This document shows positions 43,417-53,196 of a stretch of 53,196 nucleotides of DNA, in pieces. The position numbers and the translations under genes are program-made. The stretch's first letter is position 1. Each line of letters starts with the position of its first letter. This DNA comes from a virus (taxonomy: Duplodnaviria > Caudoviricetes): positions 1-53,196 of IMG/VR virus record IMGVR_UViG_3300042558_001779, one strand, 5' to 3'. Below the pieces are notes generated by a model, which was not told where the DNA came from, did no database searches, and was given only the letters and a program-made list of their open reading frames with translations.

Positions 43417-44220
43417 ATGACTGTTACCAACACAACACGGTTTGAACTGACCCAATGGTCTTCAGGCGAAGATGAATTTTCTCGCGAACAATTGACGCTG
43501 GACAACGCCTCGCTAGGACTTGACGCAGCAATTTTCCTATCTGGAACATCAGCAACCCCGCCAACGGCTGCAGCGGCAAATACGCGCGCTTTTTACTGGG
43601 ATAAAACAAACAGTAAACTTTACTTTCGTGGAGATGTCGCAGGGGTGGACCCTGCAGCATGGACACAGGTTCACCCAGTTCTGCCTACTGGTCATGTGCA
43701 TACAGACCTTCAGCCACTTGATGCCGACCTGACTGCTCTTGCTGCTATTTCTACAAACGGATTAATTACCCGTACAGCAAGCAATACCTTCACAACTCGC
43801 TCTATTGTTGTTTCTGGCACTGGTTTGGCAATCACTCACGGCAATGGTGTCGATGGGAATATGACTATTTCTATCAATGCAACCAATGAGGCAACAGTTA
43901 GTACGGTTGTTTCGCGTGATGCGAGCGGAAATTTCAGGGCTGCATCTCCTTCAAACTCTGCCGATGTTGCAATTAAATCATATGTTGACACCGCTGATAA
44001 CCTAAAAGCGAATGCTGCCGATGTCTATTCAAAGACAGACATTCACGGCGCAAAACTATACCAATATGGGAACATCGCTGCTGGCGGAACAGACACCTCG
44101 GGGGCAAAGTTGCCAACATCGGGAACAAGAACAACACCCCGTATTTATGTTCAGTCAAACGACCCGTCAGCCGCTACGGGATATGTTGGCGTTACTGGCG
44201 ACATTTGGTTCCAGATATGA
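43417..44220 (+). CDS. Tail fibre-like/baseplate-attached protein
   Basis: TNTTRFEL..W, QPLDADLTALA, VSRDASGN, KSYVD, GDIWFQ motifs. Confidence 0.72.
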   Translation: MTVTNTTRFELTQWSSGEDEFSREQLTLDNASLGLDAAIFLSGTSATPPTAAAANTRAFYWDKTNSKLYFRGDVAGVDPAAWTQVHPVLPTGHVHTDLQPLDADLTALAAISTNGLITRTASNTFTTRSIVVSGTGLAITHGNGVDGNMTISINATNEATVSTVVSRDASGNFRAASPSNSADVAIKSYVDTADNLKANAADVYSKTDIHGAKLYQYGNIAAGGTDTSGAKLPTSGTRTTPRIYVQSNDPSAATGYVGVTGDIWFQI

Positions 44221-44390
44221 ACGCTTTTGCCTTTATTGATGGGGACTGGAAGGCGATTAAGTCTGCTCATTGTTTCCACGAAGGCATTGGTTTTGTAAAA
44301 CTTTATTCAATTCGTGCCCACGATGGGGATGATTGGAAAGTTATTGAACTTGGTAAAGAACTACATCTTGTAGGTGCCTCACATGACTGA
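44217..44390 (+). CDS. Small protein with repeated DG.WK beta motifs
   Basis: ATGA overlap with the previous gene; IDGDWKAI / DGDDWKVI. Confidence 0.6.
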   Translation: MNAFAFIDGDWKAIKSAHCFHEGIGFVKLYSIRAHDGDDWKVIELGKELHLVGASHD

Positions 44391-44697
44391 TGCATCTATT
44401 TATCTTGCAATTTCCTCTCTGCTGGCAGCATTGATTTCTGCTTTTGTTGTTGTGCGCGGACAAAAGACATCTGCTTCTGTTGATGCGCGTAGGCACACAA
44501 ATGCGGAGGTTCAAACTATTTTTGATGGGTACGGCCAAATTGTTGAGGAACTTCGCATTGAAGTTGAAAGATTGATGACAACTATTGCTATTCTCCAAGA
44601 GGAGCAGGCGGCGTGTGATGAGCGTAATAATGCTCTGATTGATGAGGTTGAAGAACTGAAAGCCCGACTGTCCCAATTGGAGTCTAAAGATGGATGA
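44383..44697 (+). CDS. Membrane-anchored coiled-coil protein (possible lysis accessory)
   Basis: N-terminal transmembrane helix followed by heptad coiled coil. Confidence 0.65.
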   Translation: MTDASIYLAISSLLAALISAFVVVRGQKTSASVDARRHTNAEVQTIFDGYGQIVEELRIEVERLMTTIAILQEEQAACDERNNALIDEVEELKARLSQLESKDG

Positions 44698-44941
44698 CCA
44701 TAATAGCGAAGATTCAATTATCGCTACATTTATTGACATGATGCGGGATTCTATGCCCGAAAAAGTCATTACAAACTTTGTTTTTGTTGCAGAAGTTGTC
44801 GGAAACAAAGACAACGAACTGAGCATCATTACAAGCACTGGAATGACCCCGTGGCTGGCTCAAGGAATGTTGAAAGCAGCAGAAGACATGGTTATTTCTG
44901 GTGTTGACTCGTTTATAGACGAAAGTGATGATGACCAGTAG
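44690..44941 (+). CDS. Small hypothetical protein
   Basis: 83 aa; ITNFVFVAEV...PWLAQGML. Confidence 0.7.
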   Translation: MDDHNSEDSIIATFIDMMRDSMPEKVITNFVFVAEVVGNKDNELSIITSTGMTPWLAQGMLKAAEDMVISGVDSFIDESDDDQ

Positions 44942-44995
44942 CCCATCAAACCCCTCTTAGTGGTCTAAAATCAATATAGTTCTCGGAGGATTGCC

Positions 44996-45346
44996 ATGAT
45001 TGCTGGTATATACAATATTACATGTGAGCAAGGTGCAACTTTTAATCGTCGTTTCACTATCACACAACCAGACGGTACCCCATTTTTTTTGAATGGGTAC
45101 TCTGCCCGTATGCAGGTAAGAAGAGACATTGATTCGTCAACAGTTCTATTATCTATTACAAGCGCTACAACAAACATTGTTTTGTCAAATTCTCTTGGAA
45201 TAATCGATGTTTATTTGACCCCTACGCAAACAGCATCCTTAACTCGCAGCGGAGTATATGACTTAGAACTTATTCATACATCATCTGGCAATGTTTATCG
45301 TGTTGTAAAAGGCGCTTTCAGGCTTGACAAGGAAGTAACAAAATGA
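44996..45346 (+). CDS. Beta-sandwich structural protein (BppU N-terminal-like)
   Basis: YNI.CEQGATF, GYSARMQVR, GVYDLEL, RVVKG; GGAGG RBS. Confidence 0.75.
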   Translation: MIAGIYNITCEQGATFNRRFTITQPDGTPFFLNGYSARMQVRRDIDSSTVLLSITSATTNIVLSNSLGIIDVYLTPTQTASLTRSGVYDLELIHTSSGNVYRVVKGAFRLDKEVTK

Positions 45347-45537
45347 GTAATCCTCGCGAAGAGTTCAACGGATTTTATCCAAAGGTTACTGTAGAAGAAC
45401 TGAGAAATGTTGTATATGTTGACGAAACAGCGCCGAATAATGTAACGGTGTCCTTGGGTGGCGGAACTGGAACTGGTGCTGGATGGTCTTATGGCAGCGG
45501 TGCTCCGTGGACAATTGAAATAATCGTAGGAGAATAG
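45343..45537 (+). CDS. Small structural protein
   Basis: 64 aa, ATGA-coupled; ends WSYGSGAPWTIEIIVGE. Confidence 0.65.
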   Translation: MSNPREEFNGFYPKVTVEELRNVVYVDETAPNNVTVSLGGGTGTGAGWSYGSGAPWTIEIIVGE

Positions 45538-45538
45538 C

Positions 45539-45889
45539 GTGCCTGCCTTTATTCCAAGTGATTACGGAAATGTCGGTGACTTCTATATTGATGTTGCGAC
45601 TGGCGATTTCTATGGTCCAAAAACAACCGATGGCTGGCCCGATGAACCATTCTTTACTGCCCTTACGCAATTAAATGTTGATTTGCTCACAAACAATGAG
45701 CGTTACATTCACGCACAGCCCACTGCCTCTGCTACCTGGGTTATTACACACCCTCTGGGCGGGCATCCTTCTGTTACTGTTGTTGATTCTGCAGGCACAT
45801 CAGTGTTTGGTGAGGTAAAATATGACAGTACCACTCAAGTGACAATTTCGTTCACTGTTCCGTTTTCAGGGCTGGCATACCTCACCTAG
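45539..45889 (+). CDS. Small structural (fibre-associated) protein
   Basis: GNVGDFYID...YGPK, HAQ..ASATWVITHPLG..PSVTVVDS; AGGAG then GTG start. Confidence 0.75.
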   Translation: MPAFIPSDYGNVGDFYIDVATGDFYGPKTTDGWPDEPFFTALTQLNVDLLTNNERYIHAQPTASATWVITHPLGGHPSVTVVDSAGTSVFGEVKYDSTTQVTISFTVPFSGLAYLT

Positions 45890-45901
45890 GAGAGACAAAA
45901 G

Positions 45902-47230
45902 ATGGCAAGTAAGTTTCTTACAAATATTGACCTTAATGGCAATCAGGTTATCAACGCCACTTTTGAGGTTCTCGGCTTAGCCCCAACAACAAACCTCTTT
46001 GATGGTCGTATGTACTTTGATAGCGCCAGTGGTGTTATCAGAATCTATGACGCTACTGCTTCTGCGTGGAGAAAGGTAGTTGCTGGCTACGAGGAAACTG
46101 CTGGTGTCATCTCGGGCGGAACGCATTCTGCTGCCCTGACAATCACAGAGTCAAACGGTCAAATTACTGTTACGCCAAGTCTTGCAACTTCAAGCAACGC
46201 TGGTCTTTTGTCGTCAACTTTTTATGATGACCTCAATACTGCGACTTCGGATGCAACTGCTTCCAAGTTGGCTAAAAGAGACGCAAATGGAAATATCAAG
46301 GTTGCTACCCCAACAGATGCCGCTCATGCTGCTACTAAGGGCTATGTAGATTCTGCCCGTCAGGGTCTTGATGTCAAGCAATCAGTTCGCGCCGCTACTA
46401 CTGGTCCAGTCACTCTTGCTACTGACCTTGAGGCTGGCGACACTCTTGATACGACAGTAACTCTTGTTGCTGGCAACCGAATCTTGGTAAAAAACCAAGC
46501 GACAGCATCACAAAATGGTATTTATGTTGTTCAGGCTACTGGCGCACCAGTCCGTGCAGCCGATGCTAACGGAACAGCAGATACTGGAGAAGTATCGGGC
46601 GGAACATTCGTATTCGTTGAAGAAGGTACTTTAAACGCCGATTCTGGGTTCGTAGTATCAAGCAACGGAACAATTGCCGTTGGAACCGACCCAATGAACT
46701 GGGTTCAGTTCTCTGGTGCAGGAGCATTTACTGCTGGGGATGGTCTCACTCAGGATGGAACCACAATCAACGCAGTTGGTACTACTGACAGAATCGCTGT
46801 ATCGGCTAACGCTATTGACATTTCAGCCAACTATGTTGGTCAATCATCAATTACAACGCTGGGCACAATCACTGCTGGCACATGGAACGGCACGGATATT
46901 GCCGTTACCGATGGTGGTACTGGCGCTTCAACGGCAGCAGACGCTCGTACAAACCTTGGTATCAAAACAACTTCAGGTGCAGTAACCACTAGTACCTCTG
47001 TTCTTGCTCGTACCGCCCATCAAGCATGTGCCGCTTCTAGTGGACCTACATCGGTAACAACAGTTACGCACAATTTCAACACAAAAAATGTTATTGTTCA
47101 GGTTTATCAAGTATCAACTGGCGAAACCGTTACAACCGATGTAGTTCGCGGAACAGTTGACTCGCTTACAGTGACAATCAATGGTTCAACAATCGCCTCC
47201 GATGATTACCACATCGTAGTAACAGGCTGA
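45902..47230 (+). CDS. Tail fibre-like protein
   Basis: ATKGYVD, GLDVKQSVRAAT, RILVKNQ....NGIY, GGTGAST..AR.NLG, VTHNFNT. Confidence 0.8.
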   Translation: MASKFLTNIDLNGNQVINATFEVLGLAPTTNLFDGRMYFDSASGVIRIYDATASAWRKVVAGYEETAGVISGGTHSAALTITESNGQITVTPSLATSSNAGLLSSTFYDDLNTATSDATASKLAKRDANGNIKVATPTDAAHAATKGYVDSARQGLDVKQSVRAATTGPVTLATDLEAGDTLDTTVTLVAGNRILVKNQATASQNGIYVVQATGAPVRAADANGTADTGEVSGGTFVFVEEGTLNADSGFVVSSNGTIAVGTDPMNWVQFSGAGAFTAGDGLTQDGTTINAVGTTDRIAVSANAIDISANYVGQSSITTLGTITAGTWNGTDIAVTDGGTGASTAADARTNLGIKTTSGAVTTSTSVLARTAHQACAASSGPTSVTTVTHNFNTKNVIVQVYQVSTGETVTTDVVRGTVDSLTVTINGSTIASDDYHIVVTG

Positions 47231-47235
47231 TAATC

Positions 47236-52067
<4,832 letters not shown>

Positions 52068-52069
52068 GC

Positions 52070-52420
52070 ATGTTGATTCAACTTTATTACTGGCCTCTTG
52101 ACACAATTCAAAAAGCAGCAACAACACAAGAAGAACTTCTAATGGCATTGCGTGAGATGCGTGATGTTCTTTTGAAAGAGTCAGACTGGACTCAAATGTC
52201 AGATTGTCCATTATCTGAAGAAATTAAGAATGACTGGCGCATTTGGAGACAAGAAATGAGAGATATTACTTCTCTTGTGTCTTTACCTCTGCAGAATACG
52301 ATTCAATTGCCGATTCCGCCAGTGGCAGGTCGCCCTTCCTCGTGGGACAACTGGGATTTAAATGCTGGAGCAACTCCTTGGGAAGCGCCTCACCATCATG
52401 AAGAAGAGGATGGAGAATAA
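52070..52420 (+). CDS. Tail fibre assembly chaperone
   Basis: LREMRDVLLKESDWTQMSD.P......W..WRQ.MRDIT. Confidence 0.88.
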   Translation: MLIQLYYWPLDTIQKAATTQEELLMALREMRDVLLKESDWTQMSDCPLSEEIKNDWRIWRQEMRDITSLVSLPLQNTIQLPIPPVAGRPSSWDNWDLNAGATPWEAPHHHEEEDGE

Positions 52421-52422
52421 AA

Positions 52423-53196
52423 ATGGCAAGAACAAGATTTACAGTCAAAGAAGGAATTTCTGTTGCTGACGACAACGCTGTTGGCGGCTACCCATTAATT
52501 CCTGTTGGTGCATTGATGCCATACGCTGGTTCTACTGCCCCAGACGGCTGGTTGCTGTGTAATGGTCAAACACCGAGCAGGACAACATATGCAAATCTTT
52601 TTGCAGTAATAGGAACTACATACGGTGCTGGAGACGGTTCTACTTTTGGTCTTCCTGACCCGATGGGTAGAGCAATTATTGGAGTGGGTAGTGGCTCGGG
52701 GTTAACTGCACGAGCACTCGCTGCTAAAAGTGGTGCTGAAACGGTAGTTATTGCTTCTGGGAATCTTCCAACACATCAACACACCCTTAGCGCACATACA
52801 CATGCTCTTGGTAGCCATACTCATACTCTTAGCGACCACACGCATGCCATAACAGTTAATGGAAACAACTTTGATACTGGGACGGTGTCAGCAGACCATA
52901 GCCACTCTGGTACAACGGGATTCACAAGCGGGGACCACGCGCATAACCTTCCTCGTTCGTTGATTGCGACTGCTGGAACAAACAGAGCGGTTGTTTCATC
53001 TACTTCAAACCAGGCAACACTTTTTGTTGACGGCCAAAACGCAAACCACACCCACGGATTTAGTACTGGTGGCATTTCGGCAAACCACTCACATAACGCA
53101 AATCACGGGCACACTGCTGGTTCTGGTGGGCCTTCCAACAATACCTCGGGTGGGCCTTCAGCAGGCTCAAACGGACCCAGCACTGACGCTACTGGC
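52423..53196 (+). CDS. Tail collar domain fibre protein with HxH repeats (partial, runs off the window; not in the ORF track)
   Basis: ATG 52423 reads MARTRF...IPVGALMPYAGSTAPDGWLLCNGQ..SRTTYANLFAVIGTTYGAGDGSTFGLPD..., then many H-x-H motifs. Confidence 0.9.
   Translation, partial: MARTRFTVKEGISVADDNAVGGYPLIPVGALMPYAGSTAPDGWLLCNGQTPSRTTYANLFAVIGTTYGAGDGSTFGLPDPMGRAIIGVGSGSGLTARALAAKSGAETVVIASGNLPTHQHTLSAHTHALGSHTHTLSDHTHAITVNGNNFDTGTVSADHSHSGTTGFTSGDHAHNLPRSLIATAGTNRAVVSSTSNQATLFVDGQNANHTHGFSTGGISANHSHNANHGHTAGSGGPSNNTSGGPSAGSNGPSTDATG

Noticed and set aside
44383-44697. Holin or lysis cassette
   Set aside because: Only a single-helix membrane coiled-coil protein is present and there is no endolysin in the window, so a holin call is not supported.

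Overview
A 53 kb, gene-dense fragment of a large tailed dsDNA phage with a contractile (myovirus-type) tail and an HK97-type head. The host is probably an actinobacterium; this is inferred from PAKK repeats, a leaderless/extended -10 promoter style and the gene families present. Layout: (1) 1-2.8 kb (+): class II ribonucleotide reductase and small genes. (2) 2.8-24.0 kb (-): an unusually long head operon running small membrane protein, portal-MuF fusion, thioredoxin, extended prohead protease, about 13 kb of extra genes, major capsid protein, then accessory genes. (3) 24.1-29.7 kb (+): terminase large subunit, Rad52-like annealase, Cas4/RecB-like nuclease and an IbrA/IbrB-like PAPS-reductase/ParB pair. 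(4) 29.8-53.2 kb (+): neck, sheath, tube, frameshifted tail chaperone, tape measure, baseplate and fibre genes. The most striking feature lies between the protease and the capsid gene. Four large proteins share an exactly spaced N-terminal RCPxG-x5-[QR][FI]TD-x5-C tag and end in different enzyme domains: two HipA/PI3K-like kinases, one apparent pseudokinase and one GNAT acetyltransferase. They are interleaved with small partner genes and carry many HK97-protease-like x-x-K/[ASG] sites. This looks like a capsid-packaged polymorphic effector system. Family names come from motif recognition by eye, not database searches. No tRNA, rRNA, CRISPR array, integrase or transposase was seen.
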